From contig SMSO01000032.1 of NCBI GenBank assembly GCA_004764695.1, positions 8,836,483-8,900,482 on the forward strand: a DNA stretch of 64,000 bases, in the 5' to 3' direction. Shown piece after piece: positions 9,792 to 19,363 of this stretch. The translations under genes were made by a program, and so were the position numbers. The notes beneath the pieces were generated by a model that worked only from the letters and a program-made list of their open reading frames with translations, was not told where the DNA came from and ran no database searches. Source of the DNA: Schizochytrium sp. TIO01. Taxonomy: Eukaryota; Protista; Bigyra: Labyrinthulomycetes. The first letter of the stretch is position 1. Each line of letters opens with the position of its first letter.

Positions 9792-11900
9792 CTAACGGTG
9801 CGTGAAGGAACGAGATGCGGGATCATATACGAATGCAAGCCGACGGTCCCTACCACGGAGCTTGCGGTCCATCATTGAGGATCCCGAGGAAGTCGATGCT
9901 GTGTTTGCAGCCATGTCTTCTCCCTCATCCATATCTCCGGCTGTCGTAGATTTGGTTGCAGACGCAGATGATGCGGCAGACATTACATCAAGACACATTT
10001 GCAACCTGCGTAGCTGATGCGATAAAAGCCGCAGTTGGTCTGCAGCCCGCAATTCGTCTGCGTGGTCATTGATTTCGGTCTGAATAATTCGCAATGTAGA
10101 ATTGGTTGTTGGCAAGAGTGTAAAGTGCGGAGCACGCTTCGGGTAGTCAACGAAAACTTGAACAATAGCTTCCACTTTGCCTTTTTCTGAAGTCTCAAGA
10201 ATGCCGTGAAAACAGCGACGTCCAAAGCTTGCCCACGATGATGACCCTGGTCCATTGTTTGCATCTTGCCTTCGGTAGAAAATAGGTGCGCCACTAGCAC
10301 GGTCAGCAAATGTGGATGCAATGAGATCATCTGCCTCTACATCCCCGATTTCCTCCCATTTAACAAGACGCGCGAGAGCATTGCTAGGAAAAAGTGACTC
10401 AGCTGATGGATGAACCGGAACCGGATGAGGACATTTTTTCAATGCATGCAACTGTTCGGAAAGTGCTTCCTGTGCACCTACTCGATCAAGGATGCTCTGA
10501 ATGATACTGCCCATGGATGGCTGTGCATTGTACTCGGGGCTTTCTGGAGGAAGTGTGTAATTTCCAGAGAGCCACTGAAGCCACTTGTAAGGGCGATCCG
10601 GGCGATCCTCGGCAAATACCTGTTTTGGACCTTGCGAGATAGTGCGATCCAACGTCGTACGTGGCAAGAACTGCCCGGTATCATTAGGGTAGATATTTGC
10701 CAAAAGTCCGCGCTGGTTAACTGCCTCCACTGTGGCAACGCCTAGGCCCTTGTAGTACTTGAACACAAGGGTAACATCGACACGGCGGTTAGGCGAAGCC
10801 AGCTTGGCCATAATAGAGAAACCAGAGTCTTGGTGAAAATCTTCCTTGCGCTGACGTTTGGATCCACTCGTAAGTACCGCTGTGTTAACATCATCGTGCG
10901 CCAGATCTGTATGATCACCGCCATTTATGGTAGAGTCGGCCCGACGTCGCTTATTCATTGCAGCTACCGCGGCTGCATGCGAGCTGTCAGTATTCTCCTC
11001 CGCATCCATCGCCATAGCATGCGATCCGGATACCGATATGGTCTTGCCGTTAGCCAGCTCCTCGGAAGCTGCCTTGCGTTTGGCCAAGGCAATAAGGTTT
11101 TCATCTTTACCAATGTCCAGGGTGACGCCTCCAAAACTATCCCCGTAGGCCTCAAGCTGGCAATATATCATATACAGGGGCTCTGGAAGCTGTTTGCAGA
11201 GATCATGGCGCGCGAGCCTGTCGATAATGCGTTCTCCAAAATGGTCTTCCACCGGCTTGGTTGCTTTTACGATATCCTGCATCTTGCGCGGAAGATCGTC
11301 AAGAAACGCCAGGCGGTCCGACGTGGTTTCCTTTGTGGTCTTGACATCTTCCCGAAGCTCCTTAAGCTTCGTCTGTAGGTCCCTTCTCAGCTGCAGTTCA
11401 TGCGATAGCCTTGAGAGGTTAATCTGGTGTTGCTGCTCGCCGCTGTTCTCTTCGAGCGTTCTAATATCCTGCAGAAGAGCCTCGGGAGCCGATTTCTCAA
11501 ATTCCTCCTTCGACACAAGATCAATCTTGGTAAACTCGCGCATCTCAAACTTGCGGCATCGCTCGATCTCGCGGCCCAAGTAAGCTTTCTCATACAGCAA
11601 GTTCTGCAGAGACAACTGACGCTCTTCTGTCGCTTTCTTAGCTGCGTCAAGGCTTTCCAAGAGCTCTGCCGCCGCACAGAAGACATTGCGGCTTCGACTC
11701 TTCAGTTCCATCATCGCTACAGAACCCTTTGCATATAACCTTTTTTGAGAGCGCTCTGAGTCTTTTGCAGCGCCCGCATCGCCGTTATCATTCTTCGCCG
11801 CGGCCATGGATTGCGCGATGCCGCGTAGCTGCTCCGCGAGCCTTGAAGCGGACGCTGCCAGGTCCGAAGACGCCGAGCCCACACCGTCTGCGGAGCTCAT
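9792..11900 (-). CDS. THOC5: THO complex subunit 5 (FMIP/Thoc5)
   Basis: LQNLLYEKAYLGREIERCRKF, RLSHELQLRRDL, LPEPLYMIYCQLEAY, RPYKWLQWLSG, LLSHQLRRLQMCLDV and RGRDRRLAFVY match Thoc5 conserved blocks. First ATG at 11900. Confidence 0.9.
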   Translation of the reverse strand: MSSADGVGSASSDLAASASRLAEQLRGIAQSMAAAKNDNGDAGAAKDSERSQKRLYAKGSVAMMELKSRSRNVFCAAAELLESLDAAKKATEERQLSLQNLLYEKAYLGREIERCRKFEMREFTKIDLVSKEEFEKSAPEALLQDIRTLEENSGEQQHQINLSRLSHELQLRRDLQTKLKELREDVKTTKETTSDRLAFLDDLPRKMQDIVKATKPVEDHFGERIIDRLARHDLCKQLPEPLYMIYCQLEAYGDSFGGVTLDIGKDENLIALAKRKAASEELANGKTISVSGSHAMAMDAEENTDSSHAAAVAAMNKRRRADSTINGGDHTDLAHDDVNTAVLTSGSKRQRKEDFHQDSGFSIMAKLASPNRRVDVTLVFKYYKGLGVATVEAVNQRGLLANIYPNDTGQFLPRTTLDRTISQGPKQVFAEDRPDRPYKWLQWLSGNYTLPPESPEYNAQPSMGSIIQSILDRVGAQEALSEQLHALKKCPHPVPVHPSAESLFPSNALARLVKWEEIGDVEADDLIASTFADRASGAPIFYRRQDANNGPGSSSWASFGRRCFHGILETSEKGKVEAIVQVFVDYPKRAPHFTLLPTTNSTLRIIQTEINDHADELRAADQLRLLSHQLRRLQMCLDVMSAASSASATKSTTAGDMDEGEDMAANTASTSSGSSMMDRKLRGRDRRLAFVYDPASRSFTHR

Positions 11901-12341
11901 CGTCAAGTACAGCGCTAACCGACCTGCCTTAAGCCTGCGCGATAGAGATTTGTCGGCTCACTCAACTTCGTTCACTTCAATCATTTGAGCGATCGATTGA
12001 TCATTCATTCACTTTCTTTACTTTTCATTCACCCATTTTGATCAATTGTTCAATCTTCGATGCTAGTGACTCAGATACAAAGATCCATAGGAATAACTTT
12101 AACATAGAACGTTCTTAAAACGTTCGAGGAACGGTACGTGGAGAGCGCTCGCTCATGGGATGTATTCGTTACAAGGGAGCAAACACCAAATGAAGTTTGG
12201 AGTTTTGGGCGCCTTGACAGAAACTTGTTCGAGAGATAATTGATGAATTGAAAGCGCAAGCAAAACTTGATAGGTTCAAGTTATGAATCAAAAAAGGACC
12301 AGGCTGGAAAGACAGAGGTTGAAGAGCGAAAGCATGCCTGA

Positions 12342-15300
12342 ATGGGTCTCTCTGCATCAACAGGGTACGCAGAACAGGAGGTTCTCGTGAAGGTGAAAGA
12401 GGAACTCGTGGAGGAGTTTGGAGATGATGATGGTGGCGGTGATCTGGAGGTGCGAGATAAAGGTGGTAATTCTATGGGTGGAATTGAGGAGACAAACGCG
12501 GTTAAGCGAAGGGCGTCCAGTAAAATATATGTAAACGACGAGCAAGATGCTATGAGGAAAGTAAGCAGTGGGTCCAGAACCAGTAGCCACAAGCAGGAAG
12601 AACACCCTGCGCTACGTAAAGGATCCAGCGTTCGGCGAAGTGTGATTATTGTAGAAAAGCCTGATGATGGATACGGCATCAGCGATGATGAAGAACTAGA
12701 GCAAAGTGAAATGTCCAGCGTGAGAGAGAACATTTACAATTCCTTCGATGAAAATGAGGATGGGGACAGTGAGAGTTTACAGCTCTTATCAAGAGGAAAT
12801 GGGGCTAGAGGTAAAGAGGAGCAACTAGAGCATGACGCTATATTTCTGGCCGAGCAGAGCAAAGACTTTCGCGAGAGAGATCCGTCTGTCTTTGTTCTTC
12901 TGGACCATCTAAACGTTCGACCACAAAAACAAGCAACTGCTTTGCAAGTCATTCTCCAAGTACTTCCTTATTGCGGAGCTCTGCATAGCTACTACCCTCG
13001 CATTGACCACTTTGTGATGCGAATATTACATGAGGCATCCTCAGATGTTCTTGACAGCGTCAAATCTTGGCGAGATCACGTAGGCAATGATTTACTACTT
13101 CGTGCTTGCTTGTCGCAGTCACTTGTTCTTGCTACCTTTCTTGTAGAAAATATTCACCTGGACCCTGATGTATTTCGAACAGGGACACATGAAACCCCCC
13201 TACATGTTGCTACCCGGAACAGAATGTTCCGCATGACGGAAATGCTTCTTCGACTTGGAGCTTTCCACTCCCCAGCAGACCATCGAGAGCGGACTCCTTT
13301 ACATTATGCAGCTGCTGCTGGCGATGCTACTACGATTGCACTTTTGTTGCTATATGGTGCAAATCCGAGGCGACAAGATGAGTCTGGAAAGACCCCCATC
13401 GACTATGCTCTGATGCGGGAAGATGCAGAAGACTGCATCTCACTATTGCACACTCACTCTCACTGGGTAGCATATCAAGATCGTCGTTCCGGGCGAACAT
13501 TTTATGAGAACAGCGTTACCCATGAAAGCACATTTGAACGTCCACTCAATGTAAACAAAGACATGGCAACGGTTGTCCACGAAGCAACAAAAAACTTCGC
13601 TGCAATTGCGCAAGCTGCTGGAAACAGGGGGATGGAAACCGGTCCTAGAGACGATAATCAGATTGAAAGTAATTCAGAGAAAGGGAACGAAGATCAAACC
13701 GAAGCTCAAGCTTCTGTGCAGGTTGACACGGAGGTTATGAGTGGAATTCAAAAATTATATTCAAGTGGGAAAGAAACCATGCGTCGTTTGTTGCTGGAGT
13801 CAAGTGGAAAATTGCGTCATGCTGAGTTAATGACAAGAATGAAGACTTGGCGTGATTTGGCGTGGCGTGAAGGAATTCGCAAAGCCTCCCAACGTCGGCA
13901 TATTCGCTCTCTGCAGGCTGTACGAGAATATCAAGACCGTGTTAAACGAGGGGAAGCAAAGGTAATGAATGACGAAGAAATTGCAACTCTGCGAGCAGAG
14001 CTTTCTGCTGTGGTGAATGATCAAAAGATAAAGCATGAGGAAATGGAAGCATTGCGCGCTCGATTACAGAGGGAGTGCAGTGCTCGAGAAAAAATGGCTG
14101 CAGCTCTAAAAGAAGCTCAAGTACAAGTGGAAGCTGCACAGGCTGAACGCTCTGTGGCCATGAAACAGTCTGCCGATGCTCACCAGCTTGCTACCCGCCT
14201 TGAGCGCCTCGAACAAGATCTATCTGTTCAAGCAGCAGAGAATGAACGCTTAAAAATGGATGTGTTGACAGAAAGAGAGCTACGCCGAAAGACTCACAAC
14301 AAACACATGGATCTTCTGGGTGCAATCCGGGTGTTTTGTCGCATTCGTCCGTTGAATCAGCGTGAACTGTCTATACTAGAACAACAAAAGCAGCCAAGCC
14401 CATGTGTTTTGCCTGCGAACCAGCATATAGCCGGAGGAGATCCCGATACATGTGTCATCCCTTCAAAGAGTAAAGAATTTCGTTGTGATGCATGTCTTGG
14501 TGCGCAATCAACTCAGCAGCAAGTCTTCGCCGAAGTTGAGCCGTTGGTGCAGTCTTGTATTGATGGTTTTAATGTTTGTATTTTCGCATATGGTCAAACT
14601 GGATCTGGCAAGTCATTTACCATGTTTGGTCCGCCTGATGGAAATTTAGATCTTCAAGGGATTGCTCCGCGCTCAGTAAGGTCTCTATTTTCTCTGCTTC
14701 AACAGCCTCCAAACATTCACCAAAACGCAAAGGTAACGTGTTACGGCGTAGAGTTGTATAACAACCAACTTCGTGATCTCTTGACTGAAAATCCAGCGGA
14801 AAGCTCAGAGTCATTGAAGGTACGGAAAGATAGATCAGGAATGGTTTATATTGAAGGTGTGAATGTCGAGTCTGTAAACGATGCTGATAAAGCGTTAGAG
14901 TTAATGCATATGATGCAAAGTAAGCGAGTTGTGTCTGCGACTAAGATGAATGCAGAAAGCTCCCGCTCGCACTTTATCTACTGCTTGCTAATTGAAATGG
15001 CTAGTAGAGAGCTTAAAGCAACAGTCAAAGGCCGCTTGACACTAGTTGATCTTGCTGGTTCAGAAAAAGTGGATCAATCTGGAGTCACTGGCCAGGGCTT
15101 GAAAGAGGCAGTTGCCATTAATCAGTCTTTGACAGCCTTAGGAGATGTCATCCAAGCGCTAACGTCAAAAGCAAAGTTCATCCCGTATCGAAACAATTTG
15201 TTGACGCAACTGATGCAAGATTCCATCGGTGGCAATGCAAAAACGTTGATGTTCATTAACGTCTCACCCGCCGTGACTGCAATACCAGAGACCATCAACA

Positions 15301-15437
15301 GTTTACAATATGGGACAAGGGTAAAACAGATTCGAAATCAAACATCAAAGAATCTCGAAACGGAGGAGATCAAGGCACTACGCCTACAATTGCAAGAACT
15401 TCAGAAAAAGTTGGAAAAAAGAGATTCTGAAAAATAA
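12342..15437 (+). CDS. Kinesin-14 (C-terminal motor) with ankyrin repeats, a WW domain and a coiled-coil stalk
   Basis: Motor motifs GAIRVFCRIRP, AYGQTGSGKS (P-loop), SSRSH and LVDLAGSE at the C-terminus. Ankyrin repeats TPLHVAT, TPLHYAA and TPIDYAL. WW-like WVAYQDRRSGRTFYENSVTHESTFERP. Confidence 0.93.
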   Translation: MGLSASTGYAEQEVLVKVKEELVEEFGDDDGGGDLEVRDKGGNSMGGIEETNAVKRRASSKIYVNDEQDAMRKVSSGSRTSSHKQEEHPALRKGSSVRRSVIIVEKPDDGYGISDDEELEQSEMSSVRENIYNSFDENEDGDSESLQLLSRGNGARGKEEQLEHDAIFLAEQSKDFRERDPSVFVLLDHLNVRPQKQATALQVILQVLPYCGALHSYYPRIDHFVMRILHEASSDVLDSVKSWRDHVGNDLLLRACLSQSLVLATFLVENIHLDPDVFRTGTHETPLHVATRNRMFRMTEMLLRLGAFHSPADHRERTPLHYAAAAGDATTIALLLLYGANPRRQDESGKTPIDYALMREDAEDCISLLHTHSHWVAYQDRRSGRTFYENSVTHESTFERPLNVNKDMATVVHEATKNFAAIAQAAGNRGMETGPRDDNQIESNSEKGNEDQTEAQASVQVDTEVMSGIQKLYSSGKETMRRLLLESSGKLRHAELMTRMKTWRDLAWREGIRKASQRRHIRSLQAVREYQDRVKRGEAKVMNDEEIATLRAELSAVVNDQKIKHEEMEALRARLQRECSAREKMAAALKEAQVQVEAAQAERSVAMKQSADAHQLATRLERLEQDLSVQAAENERLKMDVLTERELRRKTHNKHMDLLGAIRVFCRIRPLNQRELSILEQQKQPSPCVLPANQHIAGGDPDTCVIPSKSKEFRCDACLGAQSTQQQVFAEVEPLVQSCIDGFNVCIFAYGQTGSGKSFTMFGPPDGNLDLQGIAPRSVRSLFSLLQQPPNIHQNAKVTCYGVELYNNQLRDLLTENPAESSESLKVRKDRSGMVYIEGVNVESVNDADKALELMHMMQSKRVVSATKMNAESSRSHFIYCLLIEMASRELKATVKGRLTLVDLAGSEKVDQSGVTGQGLKEAVAINQSLTALGDVIQALTSKAKFIPYRNNLLTQLMQDSIGGNAKTLMFINVSPAVTAIPETINSLQYGTRVKQIRNQTSKNLETEEIKALRLQLQELQKKLEKRDSEK

Positions 15438-15749
15438 TGTTTGAAGTTTTTTTGTTTTTTCTTTTTGAAATTAAATTGGCTACCCGAGATGACTTGCGAC
15501 ACCGTTGAAATGCACTGCGTAGGACTGCCTCTTTCGTTTCTTGAAAGCTGGATGATAGGAAGACACATCAACCTTATCCTTGTTTTCCTCATATAAAACT
15601 AGAGTATTTCTTTATAGGAGAGTAAATGTAGCTTCAAAAGGGCATTGGCATAATCATTGTTGCAATTTTGTCCAAATTGTGTTTGCGGAAGAAAAAACAG
15701 TGAGCGCACCAAATTAATATTAAATATATATAGAGGAGGGCACATTTAT

Positions 15750-18437
15750 CTAATATTCACGAGCACGACCTGGAGATCTGTTCCTTCGGCGAGGAGGACC
15801 TCGACGATCACCCATGTCATCACGATCACGATACCTGGAAGGAGGGGGGGCACGACCGCCGGTCGAGCCAAAATCTGAGTTACGATCAGGGCCGGGACCA
15901 ACATTACCACCACGTCGCCGGCGATTGTCTTCGTCAAAACGGGAAGAAGGCGTTGGCGAGGGGGTGTTTCCTCTTCGATCATTAAAGTCACGGGTTGGGT
16001 CGCGGTCCCGCCCGCCCCTCTGCGTAGGGGGTCCTCTCCTACCACGGTCATTTCCGCCCATTCCACCACCACGTCCATTTCCTCCTCGAAATCCTCGATC
16101 ATTTCCGCCACGATCGCTGCCGGCAATGCTAGAACCATCTCGGTCGCGGGGTCCGCCGCGACCTGGGCCGCGTTCCTGGTCCTCGAAGCGGTCAATAATT
16201 TGTTTGGCCATATCAGTGACAAGGCTAACAGCCCTGTCAACATTTTCCATATTATCAGAGTACACGAGCACTTCGAAGGGACCAACAATGTTGCCTTGGT
16301 TCTGATTACTTGGCGCTCCTAGAGATTTGACAATACAGCGAACGCCACAGTCCTGAATGCGTTGGATATTACTGCCACCCCTACCAATAATGCGATGTGC
16401 TGCTTTAAAATGTTGCGGAAATGGAATATTAACCGCTACGGACTGGCCGACCTCGTTGTTCCGGGAGGTAGGTAGTTCGTTAATGGTAATTCCATGAGGA
16501 TAGCTTGCCGCAACCTCCACATTCTCTGGAGGAGCTGCTGCTGGTGCACCAGCAGCGCGGGTGAACAAGTTGGCAAGCTGCTGCATCTTTCTCGGCTCGA
16601 TTGGAACAAATGACGAAGCCATCCCGCCCTCGGTATTCAAGACCGTGGCGGGAACTTGGCGAACATTAAGCGGGGGACCATCCATGACACGGCGCATACG
16701 AACTTGTATGGGAAGTGCGGACTCACTATCGTCATCATGGCTAACAAAAAGAGTAGGCTCAATCATTTCCTCGGCTGGTCCAAGCGCCTCAAAGACTCCA
16801 ATAAGCTTGCCTGCAGCAATGTCAAAGAGAACAAGAGGCGTGCCAGGCTGAATGACTGCCATATCTGACTTGCGAGAATAGCTTCCAGCCATGACTTTAG
16901 AGCGAACCATATCAGCACAAAATGATTCTCGATCACAGCCAATCACAAAGCCAGGACGTTTAACGTGGATAGATCCTGGAGCCACAGGGACACCACCAGG
17001 ACCCAGAACTTGGGCTTCGCCTCCAGTATTGGTTGAGGTACCAGGTCCGCTGGATTCTCTTCCGCCACGCTGGGCTGTTGTGTGATGGTAGTTCGGGTTC
17101 TCGCGCTCAAATTTGGCCCATTGTTCGATGTGCTCATCAATCGCATCATACAGTGATGGATCCGGGCCCTCCATGTGTACGGATAATTTGACGTCACCAA
17201 TTTGCGAAGCATTCACGTCAATTCTAGGTTGTCTATACATCATCACCAAGAGAGCATGACCTTCTTCAACAGGAAGCTCTGTGCACTCGTATGCCATGGC
17301 AACTGGCAAATCTGCCTTAACATCTGGTTCAGGGATACGAAGAAAGGCAGTAGCAATGAAATCAAGTGAGCACATGTAAACCCACTGAACACTAAACATA
17401 AAGGCGTGTCCTTTAGCTTCAGGGGGTAAGTCAACAAACGGCAAGTTAAGATCTGCCTGCACGTGGCTAGTCATTATTGCACAGCCCGTGAACTGGGAGC
17501 AGTCGTTGGTAGCAAAGATGATGTATACTTCAGGACGAGTGTCATATAGATGATTGAGCTTGTTTACAAAGCAAGGAAGCACAGACCAGGCGCGATACTT
17601 AAGTGATGCGGCAAGATGATCCATTGAAGTAGTGCGCACAATTACGTAGGCTGGTTTTCCACGACTACCGTTTGCCTGAAAAATTTCCCGATCGGGAGTA
17701 TCGAGGTCATTGCCCAGATCATCAAGAGGATGTATCATCACATTTGACTGACGAGCTTCAGTTTGAAAATTTTCAATAATATCGTCTAGAGGAGTCTTTG
17801 GAGGTGTAGCCTTCTCATTCGCCTCATTTTCACCGCCACGCTGGCGCAACTCTTGCACACCATGAGCAAAATGGCAACGCTGGCCAAATGGACAATCTCC
17901 AGTTTGCTTCCAATGTTTACAAATAGAAACCTTATAGTTTTCGTTGTGTTGAACAATTGTTTTCTTTTCAATACCATCCTCTGTCGAAGTAATTTCGGTT
18001 ACAGTCATCTTGTTGTCACCAATCTCATCCCATGGCACAACTTCAGGAAGCTCCTCAGGCGCCCTGCGTACATGCCGGAAATGACAAGTCTGACCCTTTC
18101 GGCAGAATCCGATTTTGTAGAAAAGGCATTCCACACGGTCCTCCTCCTTGGTGTGCTTGAAGATGCAATCCGGCACTTGACACTTCTCACCCCAGCGACA
18201 CTCAGGCATACGTGAAGGGTTTAACTCATGTAGGTATTCGCAATCCTCCATTTTCATACATAGATCTTTTACCCAGTGCCTGCACACAACAGTTTTATAC
18301 CTCTGCTCACGAGACTTTACAACCTGTTCGCTCTTCCCGGCCTTGCTCTGTACGGCTTTTGCTGTATCCAGCTCAAAGTCAAAGAGCATACGATGATCTG
18401 CGCCATCGCGCTGGAAATCTGCTTTGAGCACCACCAT
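15750..18437 (-). CDS. CPSF30: CPSF30-like CCCH zinc-finger protein with an extra CCCH, YTH, DCD and KH domains and an RGG-rich tail
   Basis: YKTVVCRHWVKDLCMKMEDCEYLH...MPEC...CLFYKIGFCRKGQTCHFRH (CPSF30 fingers). YKVSICKHW...CPFGQRCHFAH (TIS11-type CCCH). YTH: YVIVRT...AWSV...VYIIFATN..QFTGCAIM...FSVQW. DCD: GFVIGC...IQPGTPLVLFD....LIGVFEA...LPIQVR. KH: IIGRGGSNI. First ATG at 18437. Confidence 0.8.
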   Translation of the reverse strand: MVVLKADFQRDGADHRMLFDFELDTAKAVQSKAGKSEQVVKSREQRYKTVVCRHWVKDLCMKMEDCEYLHELNPSRMPECRWGEKCQVPDCIFKHTKEEDRVECLFYKIGFCRKGQTCHFRHVRRAPEELPEVVPWDEIGDNKMTVTEITSTEDGIEKKTIVQHNENYKVSICKHWKQTGDCPFGQRCHFAHGVQELRQRGGENEANEKATPPKTPLDDIIENFQTEARQSNVMIHPLDDLGNDLDTPDREIFQANGSRGKPAYVIVRTTSMDHLAASLKYRAWSVLPCFVNKLNHLYDTRPEVYIIFATNDCSQFTGCAIMTSHVQADLNLPFVDLPPEAKGHAFMFSVQWVYMCSLDFIATAFLRIPEPDVKADLPVAMAYECTELPVEEGHALLVMMYRQPRIDVNASQIGDVKLSVHMEGPDPSLYDAIDEHIEQWAKFERENPNYHHTTAQRGGRESSGPGTSTNTGGEAQVLGPGGVPVAPGSIHVKRPGFVIGCDRESFCADMVRSKVMAGSYSRKSDMAVIQPGTPLVLFDIAAGKLIGVFEALGPAEEMIEPTLFVSHDDDSESALPIQVRMRRVMDGPPLNVRQVPATVLNTEGGMASSFVPIEPRKMQQLANLFTRAAGAPAAAPPENVEVAASYPHGITINELPTSRNNEVGQSVAVNIPFPQHFKAAHRIIGRGGSNIQRIQDCGVRCIVKSLGAPSNQNQGNIVGPFEVLVYSDNMENVDRAVSLVTDMAKQIIDRFEDQERGPGRGGPRDRDGSSIAGSDRGGNDRGFRGGNGRGGGMGGNDRGRRGPPTQRGGRDRDPTRDFNDRRGNTPSPTPSSRFDEDNRRRRGGNVGPGPDRNSDFGSTGGRAPPPSRYRDRDDMGDRRGPPRRRNRSPGRAREY

Positions 18438-19363
18438 CCTGCAAACGATCAAAGTAGTGAACCGCTCGAGCTAGTGCTAATCACACAAAAATCGCACAAG
18501 AAGCTGAGTATTGAGGTTTGGTACGAAAGTTTCTGTCCAAAGTGATATCGGGGTTGTTCTCTTTTCCAAAACAAAATATGCCTCACAAGATGTTGGAGTG
18601 AAAAACCTCCGTTGAGAATACGTGACACCTCTAGTCAATATTAGATCACCCAGAGTCCAATATCACCCGGAGAAGCAAGTGTACTTCAAGTCAATCGGCT
18701 TCAAAGAGTATTTCACACAGGAGACAAGGCAAAAGGCAGCGAACAAGCTGCTGCAGAGGCCCTCAGTGGTGCATTGATACAGTTGCAATTCTTCAGCTCA
18801 CCAGGCGGCAACGCAGTGAGTTCGATGCGGAGTTAAAGGATGAAGATGTGGTAACGCCAACGCCGCAGGGCGACCACGGCCACGTCGAGCAGGGTTGAAC
18901 GATATTTGATGGATACGAGTCTGCGCGACTGGCGAGAAACTGAGGTAGAACATTAAGAACTTATGGAACATTAGGGAAACTCTTATTTGCGATGATGCGA
19001 TGAAAAATATGCAGCAAATGCTTTCGATAAACTTTTTTGAAGCCGTAAATGGGTATAATATTGGGATCTATGAGTCTGTCGGGAAGGGGTTAGCTTGCGA
19101 GGTTCGAAGTGTTGATACGAAGGGCGCCTGGTACAAATATTTTCTGAGTATGGATGATCGTAGCGAATCTGTGGGTTGCCAAGTTCTTGCTGATCAGAGG
19201 CTACTCCTATCAATTTCCTTTCCCTATGTACATATGTGAGTCAGAGCAAATCATTCATAGCTAGACTGAAATTTGTGAAAAAAGAACTTAAATAGTTTAA
19301 CTTCTACCTTGCGTATTTGTACAAGTCGCGTATCCATCGCAGTATGGATCTATAACATGATGT

